A DNA stretch of 64,000 nt from Chiloscyllium plagiosum (Eukaryota). Made by a program: the position numbers and the translations under genes. Positions 52,469-63,880 of the stretch are shown here, in pieces. The notes below the pieces were generated by a model. That model made no database searches, was not told the origin of the DNA, and was given only the letters and a program-made list of their open reading frames with translations. Location: NCBI RefSeq assembly GCF_004010195.1, contig NC_057719.1, positions 61,734,467 through 61,798,466 of the forward strand. The letters are read 5' to 3'. Position 1 is the stretch's first letter. Every line of letters begins with the position of its first letter.

Positions 52469-53364
52469 CAGATATTACTATCCTTGAGGACCTCCTTTTT
52501 AAATTTCTACCTAACTTTCTGTAATCTCCCTTCAGAATCTCAACCTTTTCCCTTCCTATATCGTTGGTTCCAAAGTAGACAATGACCTCCTGCTGGCCTC
52601 TCTCCCCCTTGAGAACATCCTTGATCCTGGCACCAGGGAAACAACACACCATTCTGCTTTTTCTCTGCTGGCCACAGAAACGTCTGTCTGTACCTCTGAC
52701 TACAGAATCCCCTAACACAATTGATCTCTTGGAAGCTGACATATCCCTCGTTGCATTAGAGCCAGTCTCAATACCAGAAACTTGGCTGTTCGTGCTACGT
52801 TCCCCTGTGAATTCATCACCCACTACATTTTCCAAAACAGCATACCTGTTTGGAATGGCTATAACCACAGAAGATTTCTGCCCTAGGTGCCTACCTCTCT
52901 TACCCATCCTGGAGTTAACCCATCTATGCGCCTGTATCTGAGACATTCCCCCCTTCCTATAACTGCCATCCATCACATACTGTTGCTGTTGCAAATTCCT
53001 CATCTCTTCTAACTGTCTCTCCAAACGATCCATTCAATCTGATAAGATTCGCACCCAACAGCATTTATGGCAGATATAATCCTCAGTAACCTTTAAACTC
53101 TCTTTAAACTCCCACATCTGACAAGAAGTACATATCACTCTATTAAAGGCCATTTTTTGCTCTTTCACAATCTACAGACCCAGAAAATAACACCGTCTTA
53201 TTCCTCTACAAAACACTGCACCAGGTTAAATTAATAGTTATGGCTTGTATTTTAAGTTTAATCAAGAGACTTATCTCCAAAAACTTATCATCAAGAAATA
53301 ACCCACTGTTGAAAATGTGTTGCTGGAAAAGCGCAGCAGGTCAGGCAGCATCCAAGGAACAGGA

Positions 53365-53401
53365 GAATCGACATTTCGGGCATAAGCCCTTCTTCAGGAA
53401 T
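53365..53401 (-). ncRNA. Putative minimal hammerhead ribozyme, one C>T change (GAAATGTC)
   Basis: Reverse complement TTCCTGAAGAAGGGCTTATGCCCGAAATGTCGATTC. Confidence 0.5.
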
Positions 53402-53564
53402 GAGGAAAGTGTGGCCAGCAGGCTAAAATAAAAGGTAGGGAGGAGGGACTTGGGGGAGAGGCGTTGGAAATGCGATAGGTGGAGGGAGGTCAAGGTGAGG
53501 GTGATAGGCCGGAGTGGGGTGGCTGGAAAAGCGCAGCAGGTCAGGCAGCATCCAAGGAACAGGA

Positions 53565-53601
53565 GAATCGACGTTTCGGGCATAAGCCCTTCTTCAGGAA
53601 T
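53565..53601 (-). ncRNA. Putative minimal type I hammerhead ribozyme (identical to the + copy)
   Basis: Reverse complement TTCCTGAAGAAGGGCTTATGCCCGAAACGTCGATTC. Confidence 0.6.
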
Positions 53602-53829
53602 GAGGAAAGTGTGTCCAGCAAGCTAAGATAAAAGGTAGGGAGGAGCGCGTTCCGCAAGTAGGCGGCCTGTCTCCCCAATATAGAGGAGGCCACATCGGGT
53701 GCAGCGGATGCAATAGATGATGTGTGTGGAGGTGCATGTGGCCTCCTCTATATTGGGGAGACAGGCCATATCCGCCACAAATTCGCTCCTCCCTACCTTT
53801 TATCTTAGCTTGCTGGACACACTTTCCTC

Positions 53830-53866
53830 ATTCCTGAAGAAGGGCTTATGCCCGAAACGTCGATTC
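53830..53866 (+). ncRNA. Putative minimal type I hammerhead ribozyme (Penelope terminal repeat)
   Basis: CTGAAGA (53834-53840), A, GGGC-TTAT-GCCC stem II, GAAA (53854-53857), CGTC cleavage context. Helix I is short. Confidence 0.6.
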
Positions 53867-55104
53867 TCCTGTTCCTTGGATGCTGCCTGACCTGCTGCGC
53901 TTTTCCAGCAACACATTTTCAGCTCTGATCTCCAGCATCTGCAGCCCTCACTTTCTCCTCGAAGAAAATAACCCACTGTACTCACTACTGCAGCCTTTCT
54001 ATTGGACAGACTTAAAACAACGATTAAATTATCTGATTCTGTGTTGTGAACTCCGCCAAACTGGTTCCTCCAAGATTAGTTGTGAAATTCACTGTTTGTT
54101 AATTCAAAATCATGATACAGAATGATAGGGAAACACTGTTTCCACTTGTGGAAGCATTGAGAACAAATGGGCACAGATTTAAGGCAATGGCAAAGGAAGC
54201 AATAGCAACACAATAAGGACATTTTCATGCAGTGAATAATTAGGATCAATTTGCTGCCTAAGACCGTAATGGAGGCAGGTTTAATCAAAGCATTCAACAG
54301 GAATTATTATCTTTGGAGAGAAGGTGGGCGAGCGGTACAAAATAAATTGCTTCCATAGAGAGTTGGTTCACACACAAAGGGCTGAATGGCCTTTTTCTGT
54401 ACTAGCACAATCTGTGAATTTTCAGATAACATGGAGACAAGAGACAGAATCATGAAGACAGCAATCTTCATGATTCCAGCATTGAAATTAAGTGGAATTA
54501 TAAACCTAGGTTATGTGTGGGAAGCAGTTACCGGCCTGTGGGCTTTCTGGAATACTGTATATAAGTTGGTGGCCAGAGGGCAGGTTTTCCATTAGTTTAA
54601 GCATGATGGGTGTGTTCTTGATGCTGGAGGGCCAATAGGAAGCTTTACAACATGGAAAAAGGCACACTTACTTTCAGGTCAGTGAGAGAGGGTGTCCCAC
54701 AATGGAAGTCAGCTCTCCCCAATTTTTAAACCTTAAAATTTAAAAAAGCCTATGAGAATTGAGGCCCAATTTGGAAGAGGGCCTGCAGGCCTCACAATGG
54801 CTTGAAATTGCAGCTGCAATCAGGCAGGAGGGGATGACCTCAAGGTTGCCTGAAGCATTGGTCCTCTGACTGCCTGCAGCCATTGCACAGTTTCCCAAAA
54901 AAATTATATTCATCACCAAAGGTCTCTTTAATAAAAGTCAAAAATGGAACTTTGAATCAGGCATGTGTGAGTTCCAAATGCAATTCTGAACTATTACATG
55001 GACCTTGCACTGTTGGTTGGCGCTCACTGAAGTACTTCAAATTTTGAACTGCACTGGAATTCAACTGAGATAAAGCAAGCATGACCCAGAATGAACCATT
55101 AGTA

Positions 55105-55452
55105 CAAGGCTGTCAACATCATCAAAGACCCCTCCCACCCTGAGAGAGAAGATCATCTTCTCTCTTCCATCAGGCAGAAAATGCAGAACCTTGAGTCCAC
55201 ATACCAATAGGTTCAAGAACAGTTTCTTCCCTGCTGTTATTAAACCACTGAATGGACCTCTCTAATTTCAAATCTAATGTTGATCTTGCTTTGGTGCAGC
55301 TCCTCTGCCGTAATCTTGCATGCCCTCCTCTGTCTAAACACCCTATGATCTGTTTGTCCTTGTATGTTATGATTTGCCTGTACTGCACACAAAACAAAAC
55401 TTTTCACTTGTCAAAACTTTTAGGTACATGTGACAATAATAAATCAAATCAG
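55105..55452 (+). mobile_element. Rex1/Babar-type LINE 3' end
   Basis: IIKDPSHP..LPSGRK....TNRFKNSFFPAVIK.LN and an (AAATC)n tail. Confidence 0.75.
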
Positions 55453-55567
55453 AAAGAATCCTGAAGGACATTAACCAATGCCAAGAGGCCAAAAGTAAAT
55501 AAACTATTTGGTGTTAGCTGCAGAAACTAGAAATACAATGTCAGCCATGTACAATGTCAAGTTATTG

Positions 55568-57087
55568 GAACAAAGAACATAGAACATTGCAGCACAGTAC
55601 AGGCCCTTCGGCCCTCAATGTTGCACCAACCTGTGGAACCAATGTGAAGTCCATCTAACCTACATTATCCCATTTTCACCCATATGTCTATCCAATGACC
55701 ATTTAAATCCCCATAAAGCTTGTGAATCTACTACTGTTGCAGGCAGGGCATTCCACGCCCCGACTACTCTCTGAGTACAGAAACTACCTCTGACATCTGT
55801 CCTTTATCTATCAATCCTCAATTTAAAGCTATGTCCCCTCATGCTAGCCATCACCATCTAAGGAAAAAAGCTCTCACTATCTACCCTAACTAACCCTCTG
55901 ATTATCTTGTATGTCTCAATTAAGTCAGTTCTCAACCTTCTCTCTAACGAAAACAGCCTCAAGTCCCTCAGCTTGTCCTCATCAGACCTTCCCTCCATAC
56001 CAGGCAACATCCTCGTAAATCTCCTCTGAACCCTCTCCAAAGCTTCCACATCCTTCCTATAACGCAATAACCAGAACTGCACGCAATACTCCAAGTGCAG
56101 CCGCACCAGAGTTTTGTACAGCTGCAGCATGATCTTTTGACTCCGAAACTCAACCCCTCTACCAATAAAAGCTAATGCACCACCTTCTTAACAACTATAT
56201 CAACCTGGTGGCAACTTTAAGGGATCTATGTACATGGACACCAAGATGTCTCTGCTGTTCCTATTGTTCCTTCCAAAGTGAATCATCTCACACTTTTCTG
56301 CATTAAATTCCATTTGCTACCTCTCAGCCCAGCTCTGCAGCTTATCTATGTTCCTCTGTAACCTGTAACATCTTTCAACACTATCCACAACTCTACCGAC
56401 CTTAGTGTCATCTGCAAATTTACTAATCCATCCTCTTACTCTCTCATCCAGGTCATTTATAAAAATGACAAATAGCAGTGGCCCCAAAACAGGTCCTTGT
56501 GGTACACCACTAGTAACTGAAACTCCAGGATGAATATTTCCCATCAAGCATCCCACCCTCTGTCTTCTTTCAGCTGGCCAACTTCTTATCCAAACCGCTA
56601 CATCATCCTCAATCCCATGCCTCCGTATTTTGTGCAATAAAGCCTACCGTAGGAACCTCATTAAACGTCTTACTGAAATCCCTATACACCACATCAACCA
56701 CTTTACCCTCATCCACCTGTTTGGTTACCATCTCAAAGAACTCAATAAGGCTTGTGAGACACAACCTACCGTTCACAAAACCATGTTGATAATCCCTAAT
56801 CAACGTATTCCTGTCCAGATGATTATAAATCTGACCTCTTGTAACCTTTTCCAACACTTTACCCGCAACAGAAGTAAGGCTTACTGGTCTATAATTACCA
56901 GGTTTGTCTCTAATCCCCTTCTTGAAAAAGGGAACAACATTTGCTATCCCCCAGCCTTCTGGCGTCATTCCTGTAGACAATGAGGACATAAAGATCAAAG
57001 CCAAAGGCTCAGTAACCTCCTCTCTGGCTTCCCAGAGAATTCTAGGATAAATCCAATCCAGCCTAGGGGACTTATTTATTTTCATAC
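55568..57087 (-). mobile_element. 5'-truncated CR1 (RT to 3' end)
   Basis: [38 protein letters not shown]. Confidence 0.92.
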
Positions 57088-57177
57088 TTTGTTATATCTT
57101 TAATAAATCAGTTTTGATTCTGTTCCATAAAGATTCCTTGAAGATAGCTTACCAGAATATTAATGAATTTTCGATTA

Positions 57178-57325
57178 AAAAAACCAAAAGAATTGCAGTT
57201 GCTAGAAATCTGAAACAAAAACAGAAATTCCTTGAAAACGTCAGCAAGTCTGGCAGCATCTGTGGAGAGAAATCATAGTTAACTGATAGGACCTGCTGAG
57301 ATTTTCCATAAATTTCTGTTTTTAT
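57178..57325. mobile_element. Short partly palindromic Penelope-tail-derived element
   Basis: AAAAACAGAAATT..GAAAA..TCAGCA mirrored by TGCTGAGATTTTCC..AATTTCTGTTTTT. Confidence 0.6.
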
Positions 57326-58869
57326 TATCAAATCTTAATCTGTTCATTATCAGGAATGTCTTATGTAATTTTTGTTCACCTACAGGGGAATGATTAAGTT
57401 GACCAGACGAATAATTCTGTGCTGTGATTAATTTATATGAGTCAGTTTAGAAATGGCAAGACATAGGAACTTCAGTACAAACCAAGAAAATAGAGTTAGA
57501 TCTTCTTTTTGAAGAGAACTATCCAGTTCTGTAATGGCCAGAATATGTAAAGTAAATGAACTCACGATGGCCATGAGAAGGGATCCTGAGTGAGTTTCTG
57601 CAAATGTAAGGCATTGATTTAAAGAGAGTAGATAGGTTCAGAATGAGGAATGATATTCAATCTATTGGTTTTGGAGAGGTATTTCCCAAAACCTTTTTCC
57701 TAAATTGGCCTGTTTCTCTCTTTGTTCTAATGCCTTTCCAAAGAGGTTGTGTAAATGGGAGTAGTGATCTGAAAGAATTTGAAAGTGGCACCATGATTGA
57801 TAGGCTGGTCAACTACTTGGTGTTTTCACATATGAATGGAAACAAAAACACTGATAGGAAGGCAAACAATAATTTCCTTGAATAATATAAATGTCCAACT
57901 GTCACCCAAACTTTATTAATACAAATTCAATACAATTTTTCTTATACCTATTTTATTTAAATGCCTTCTTCTATCCTCCACTCCTTTAAAGCGGTTTCGG
58001 AGCTTCACTGTATTAAAGATGCTATGTAGGTGAAAATTGTTGTTGTTGTTATCGAACCTTTGATAATGATAGTGAGGTTTTATAGTTACGTTGCAGCAAA
58101 TATTTAAAATGCTGAATCTAGTAGTTGATTCAACAATTGCTGCACATACAAGAATAAACTTTATGTCCACAGATAATGGTTTGAAGAGCTATCCACCACA
58201 AAAATAACACATACCAGCCAGGTCATGACATCCCTCCCCCAAATTTCCCATAATGCAACTGTTAGTTGTTCAAAGCTGTTACAGGCCATGAAACCTGAAT
58301 GAACTTTTTAAATATACCTGGCAATCTGCAATTATTTCTTAAATATGTAAATTAGTTGCAACATTTTCAGCATGCATTGACAAATAATGAGACCCACACA
58401 CCACCTGGTTGGGAGTTATAAGCCACTTGCTAAGCCAGTAACTGAAAATGTCATTATGGATTTACAAAGGGAACCACAGCTTCTAAAAAAATGATTACAA
58501 ACTATAAAGCTGCATTACTCACTGAGAATATTTTCTCTAATGTGAGCTAGACTCATCCTCTACACATGTGTTTGTAGCCTTTAAAAAAGTCAGTATGCTT
58601 TGCACCTATTTGTTCAGTAAAGTGAAAGACCCACATCTTGGACCAGTAATAGCAACAATACTTTCAATTTTCACCATTATTACTCTACTGAAACTGATGG
58701 CAACTTTGTAAATCCACAAATGCACAGAATTGTGTCAAAATCCAGAAGTGATTAACAGTGATTCTACATTTTTCCAAAGAATGCATTGTGAGGAAATTAA
58801 TTGGATTGATGAGAACTTCTAGTATTATGCTATTAGTATCATTTAAAACCCCTTGAACAAGTTGAACCT

Positions 58870-59560
58870 TCTTGAAAAGGGATTGGTTCACAAACAGGAA
58901 ATAGAACAATGGCTAATTAGATCATTTTCAGGTTGGCAAAATAACTAGTGAAGTGACAACTAGTTTAGTGTGAGGCTGCAATTGTTTACAAACTAGTTTA
59001 ATGATTTAGATTAAGGGACTAAATCATTAGCCAAATTTGCTGATTTAAATAAGAGAGCAAGTTGTGAGAAAGCTAGAAAGAATCTACACAGATTAAGTGA
59101 GTGGGCAAATTATTGGCAGATGGATTATAAAGTGGGAGATTGTGAAGTTGTCAACTTTGGCAGAATAATAGAAAAGTTGAATATAATTTAATATTACAGA
59201 ATTCTGTGGTACAGAGTGAATCTGGATCTCTACAAATCAATCACAAAAGGTTAATAGGTAGCAACAAATAATTAAGAATGTAAATGGTATATGAGCCTTT
59301 TTTATAAGGGGATTGAGTGTGCAAGTAGGGAAACCTTATTGCAATTGTACATTTAAGATGGAGATGTGGAGGAATTTCTTTTCTACAGGGGTAGTTAATT
59401 TTTGCAAATCTCCAACCCAGAGAGCTATAGAGACTGTATCATTGAATATATTCAAAACTGAGTTTAACAGATTACAAAGGAGTCAAGTATTCAGAGGGGA
59501 AGACAGGACAAGGGACTTAAAGCCATGATCAGATTAACCATGATCTTAGTAAATGGCTGA
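58870..59560 (+). mobile_element. Old decayed CR1 3' portion
   Basis: AKFAD, WQMDY..CEV, RNFFS.GVVN. Confidence 0.7.
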
Positions 59561-60039
59561 GTCATGCAGATATATTTTTAGGTCCTTCATAATTAACATC
59601 ATTTTAAAATGTATTAATAAACTACCAAACTTGCAAATTTGCTTTTCTGTGAAAATAGTCACCATATTAAACTTTGGAATGCTACCTTCTACTCTTTCTT
59701 CATTGTTTTAACCAGTTCAATAAAGAACCTTTTCCCACGTGACAAAGAGACAAACTGAGAGCATTACCTATACTTTCAAAAAATACTCTCCAATTTCTTG
59801 TGCAATTAGCACGTTTTCTGTTTAATTTCAAATTAGCAACATCCATATATTTTCTTCTCCTTGGTACTTCAAAGTGATCCTTCTCTGATTTCTTAATCTT
59901 CTCCTATTCAAATTTCTTCCAAACAAAGGTCGATTTGTAGTTCTCAAGACTCTCAACCAGCCCCCTTCCACCTTGTTTATTTTCCATTCACTTTTCTAAG
60001 TATTCTTGTCAGTTGCTAATATCTATATAGCATGTGGCC

Positions 60040-61258
60040 ACTTTTTGCAATGAGGTGAATCAATGATGAAGGCAGAGTGGTCGACATTATCCAAATGGAA
60101 TTTCAGCAAGGCTTTTGACAAGGTTCACATTGTAAACTGGTTAGCAAGATTAGATTACATGGAATCCAGGAGAAACTAGCCAATTGGACACAAAATTGCC
60201 TTAAAGGTAGGAGACAGAGTGTGGTGGTAAAGGGTTGTTTTTTGGATTGGAGGCCTGTGACAGTGGTGTTCTGCAAGGATTGGTGCTGGGTCCACTGCTT
60301 TTTGTCATTTATGTAAATGATTTGGAAGTGAATATGGAGGTATGGTTAGTAAGTTTTCAGATGACACCAAAATTGATGATGTAAAGAACAGCGAAGAAGC
60401 TTACCTCAGAGTATAACGGGACCTTGATCAGATGGACCAAAGAACTGAGGAGTGGCAGATGGAGTTGAATTTAGATAAATGTGAGGTGTTGCAATTTGTT
60501 AAGGCAAACCAAGGCAGGACTTATATGGTTAATGGTAGAGCCACTGGGGAGTGTTGCTGAACAAAGAGACAAGGAGTGCAGGTGTATAGTTCTTTAAAAG
60601 TGGAGTCACAGGTAGACAGGGTGATGAAGAAGGTGTTTGCCATGTTTGTCTTCATTGGTCAGTGCATGGAGTATAGGAGTTGTGGCTATAGAGGACATTG
60701 GCTAGGCTACTTTTAGAATTTTGCATTTGATTCTGGTCTCCCTGCTATGGGAAAGATGTTAAATTTGAAAGAGTTCAGAAAAGATTCAGAAGGATGTTGC
60801 TGTAATTGGAGAATTTGAGCTTTTGGGAGAGGGTGAATAGTCTGGAGCATTTTTCCCTGGAGCATTGGAAAATGAGGGGTGACCTTGTAGAGGTTTATAA
60901 AATCATGAGAGGCTTGGATAGGATGAATAGCCAAGGTCTTCTTTTCCAGGTTGGGGAGTTCAAAATATGAGGACATACATTTAAGGTGAGGGAGGAAAGA
61001 TTTAAAAGGGACCTGAGGGGCAACCTTTTCGCGCAGAGGGTGGTGCGTCTATGGAACAAACTGCCAGAGGAAGTGGTGGAGGCTGGTATAATTACAACAT
61101 TTAAGAGGCATCTGAAAAGGTACATGAAAAGGAAAGGTTTAGAGAGAAATGGGCCAAATGCTAGCAAATGGGATTAAGTCAGATTGGGATGTTTGGTCAG
61201 GGCAAATAAGTTTTCCAGAAGGGTCTGTTTTTGTGTCAGATAATTTTATGACTCTATG
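60040..61258 (+). mobile_element. 5'-truncated CR1 (RT to 3' end)
   Basis: [52 protein letters not shown] tail. Confidence 0.9.
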
Positions 61259-63708
61259 CCACTACTGCTTTTGGTTTTGTATAAACAGCAAATTCTGCCT
61301 GAAATGTGCTAAATAATCAATGTGAATGAATTACATATTAATGGAAACTGATAAGACATATGGCATGTTCAAGCAGGAGCAATCATTTACCAACAATCTA
61401 TGGTCATGAGGCCTCATTAATGTGATTTAATGTATAATGAATCATCATTTCCTTTCAAGAAAAAAGTGATGCAATTTCTACAGAGAAAGGGGATAGATGG
61501 ATCTTGTGAGATCACTGGAAGATGCTAGAGGTTAGTATTGTTGAATAGCAGTTTTGTTCGACCATATGGTTTCTTCTTCTTCCCCAAATCCCTCAGCTTC
61601 CTCCTAAACATTTAAATAGGTGTGTCCTAAATGACATGTTGCTCAACATGGCACAACACATCCATTTCCCAAAGACCACACCTAAGACATTTAAACTCAA
61701 ACTCAAAACAAATCTCTTATCTATTGCACATCATCTCATAAATCATATCCTTAACAATGCACCTCACCTAACACACAATATTCCTCATCTATTGCAAAAT
61801 ATGTTTTATCGAATGCATTTCTGACCCAAAATAATGAATATGCTTAATATAACTTGGACCCATTTTCTGACAGATTTTTCAGATCAGGTATAGATTAACT
61901 GACCATTTGGCTATTTTCCCAAATATGGCAAAATATTATGAGCTTTGTGATATATTAATTGGACTTCATATTGTAATTTCACAACTTGTCATGACTATTT
62001 ACTGCTTTTATTTTCAATAATTCATTAAGCATCCTTCAAAATAATTCTCAACAAATTTATATACACATTTTATAATATGTTTCCTTGTGGCCTCACCTAC
62101 TATATTTCGCAATTCTGTCAGTAATCTGAGCCCAATGAATACATGCTTGAGTAAGTTAATAATCCTCATCCTTAATAAGATATAAAAGCTGCACTGTAAA
62201 GATATTTAAAGAAATAATTATTCTATTGAACAGATATTTTCTATATCAATGCTTTATCAATTTATATTTAAAACTGTTGAATAATTTTATTCTAATCAGC
62301 AATTCCTTTTACAAGTTGCTCCATTTTACTGAGACTGTGCAGGTTTCAGATGTGACCCAACCCAGCCCTAGCTAGCTCGGCAAACAGCTTGACAAATGAG
62401 GCAGTCCAAATCCAAGCATAGATCCCTAGTGGTTAACTTAGAGGCTGCATTTGCAGCACAGAGCCTCAGCTGTCTTCTCAGACATTTCTCTCTTCTCAGC
62501 AGCAACCGCATGACAACCACAATCTGAGGCTGTGGCCAGCTCCCCTTAATTTATAACTCTTACATTATTTGCAATCAAGCAGAATTGCAAATAAGCACCG
62601 CCTATTGGCATACACAATACACTTTAAAAAGCTTTTAAAGTCAAAGATCATCTTTCCCATATCTATATTTTTATGGACATATATGTCCAACAGTCTGAAA
62701 TCTGGTTAAGTAGTGACATATGATTTGTGATCAGACTGATTAAAAATTTCAGCATAACACAGAAGGTACCGATGAACAAAAAAAAATTAAATCACTCAAG
62801 CGTCCACTCCTGCCCTAATCACATGAGTCCTAAAGGCCAGTATAATACACATTTAGTACCTGTCTTTAGAAGCATATCATAAAATATTGAATGTCTTATA
62901 TTTCACAAAATGTCACTTAAGACGAAAAGATATGCTTTCTTTTCACATTGCACATTATTATAATGAACACTTTACACACACACACATCTTACAGAATAAA
63001 ATAAAAAAATTTCTAATATATAGTTTAACACAGACAATTCAGAAAATAATTATAACATGAATATTTAACCACCACAGAATTACTGTTATCACATAGATTT
63101 TTAACTTACTGGATATATTGTAATTTATATTAACATAATCTGCAAAAAGTCTTTAAACATTAATGTAAAGAAAGGCTAGCTTAAGGCTAAAGCCAAATAA
63201 GAATTAAGTTGCTGGCTGCAGGATAAATTTACAACAATCAACAGCACTTTCAATATAACACTCAGCTGTTTGATTTTTGGAAAGCTTATGCCTACACATT
63301 GCTCCCTATAATGAACAATGTACGATATTATAAGAGTATGAAAACACACAATTATTTGTGGCATTAATGAAGCATTGTTAGATTGTGCAACATTCTCAGC
63401 TTTATTATTTTATGTTTTGTCAAACTAGTTCAGGTAGATTTTCCAATAATGTAAGAAAAAAAGTGAAAAAAAACAAGTTGAGAAGGCTTGAGTTTGTACA
63501 TTAGGAGTCGAGGCCTTCATCTTATTCCCATCTGCAGAATACAGTCTATTGATGCGGCAGCCTCCCTCGCAAGATTTGAATAATACCAAACACAAAGAAA
63601 AAATCTCTGGAGGCGTTTCTGCCACAGCACATTGGAGTTCAATTCTGAAGTCTGAGACAATTACCAATTGTTAGTTTTTAAAAGAAATCCTCGTGGCAAA
63701 GAACTTAC

Positions 63709-63880
63709 CATTTCCTTTTATACCATTTTTCCTTCGGTTTATTCGTCGCTCTAAGGATGCGCTAGGAGGTGTCTCATTTGACCTGCTGCATGCTGCTATG
63801 ACATCAGTCAGATGATACAGTTCATTATGGGAAAGACTACTGTTGCTATGGAAACTGAGATGTGATGTGAATTTTTACTG
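63709..63880 (-). other. AKAP6: Probable non-coding first exon of AKAP6 (5' end uncertain)
   Basis: Consensus donor ATG|GTAAGT at 63708 on the AKAP6 strand in non-repetitive sequence. The segment GCATGCAGCAGGTCAAATGAGACACCTCCTAG resembles my recollection of the mammalian AKAP6 5' UTR (unverified). Confidence 0.6.
63799..63855. promoter_or_regulatory. RFX X-box (GTTGCTATGGAAAC, 63842-63855) and CRE/AP-1-like TGACATCA (63799-63806)
   Basis: Near-palindromic 14-bp match to the RFX X-box consensus beside the candidate first exon. Confidence 0.5.

Larger units (their letters stand above)
53310..53965. mobile_element. Young Penelope-derived insert: two tandem terminal repeats (-), GIY-YIG scrap, one inverted terminal repeat (+)
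   Basis: Repeat starts at 53322 and 53522; HIIYCIRCTRCGLLYIGETGRLLAER on the minus strand ~53648-53730; 14-bp TSD AAATAACCCACTGT at 53296-53309 and 53966-53979. Confidence 0.92.
49386..54100 (-). mobile_element. Near-full-length CR1 (same subfamily as 6067-15170), with two gaps and a Penelope insert in its 5' UTR
   Basis: ORF1 52119-53033 with GDS, GTND and DGLH; ORF2 YYRPPN, GDFNFPNIDW, FSKAFDKVPH; 5' UTR matches 6480-6770. Confidence 0.93.
47850..54420 (+). mobile_element. Old CR1 3' region split into three pieces (~47850-48015, ~49255-49385, ~54100-54420)
   Basis: Pieces are collinear CR1 RT C-terminus/3' UTR segments ending GGGCTGAATGGCC..CTGT. Confidence 0.6.
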
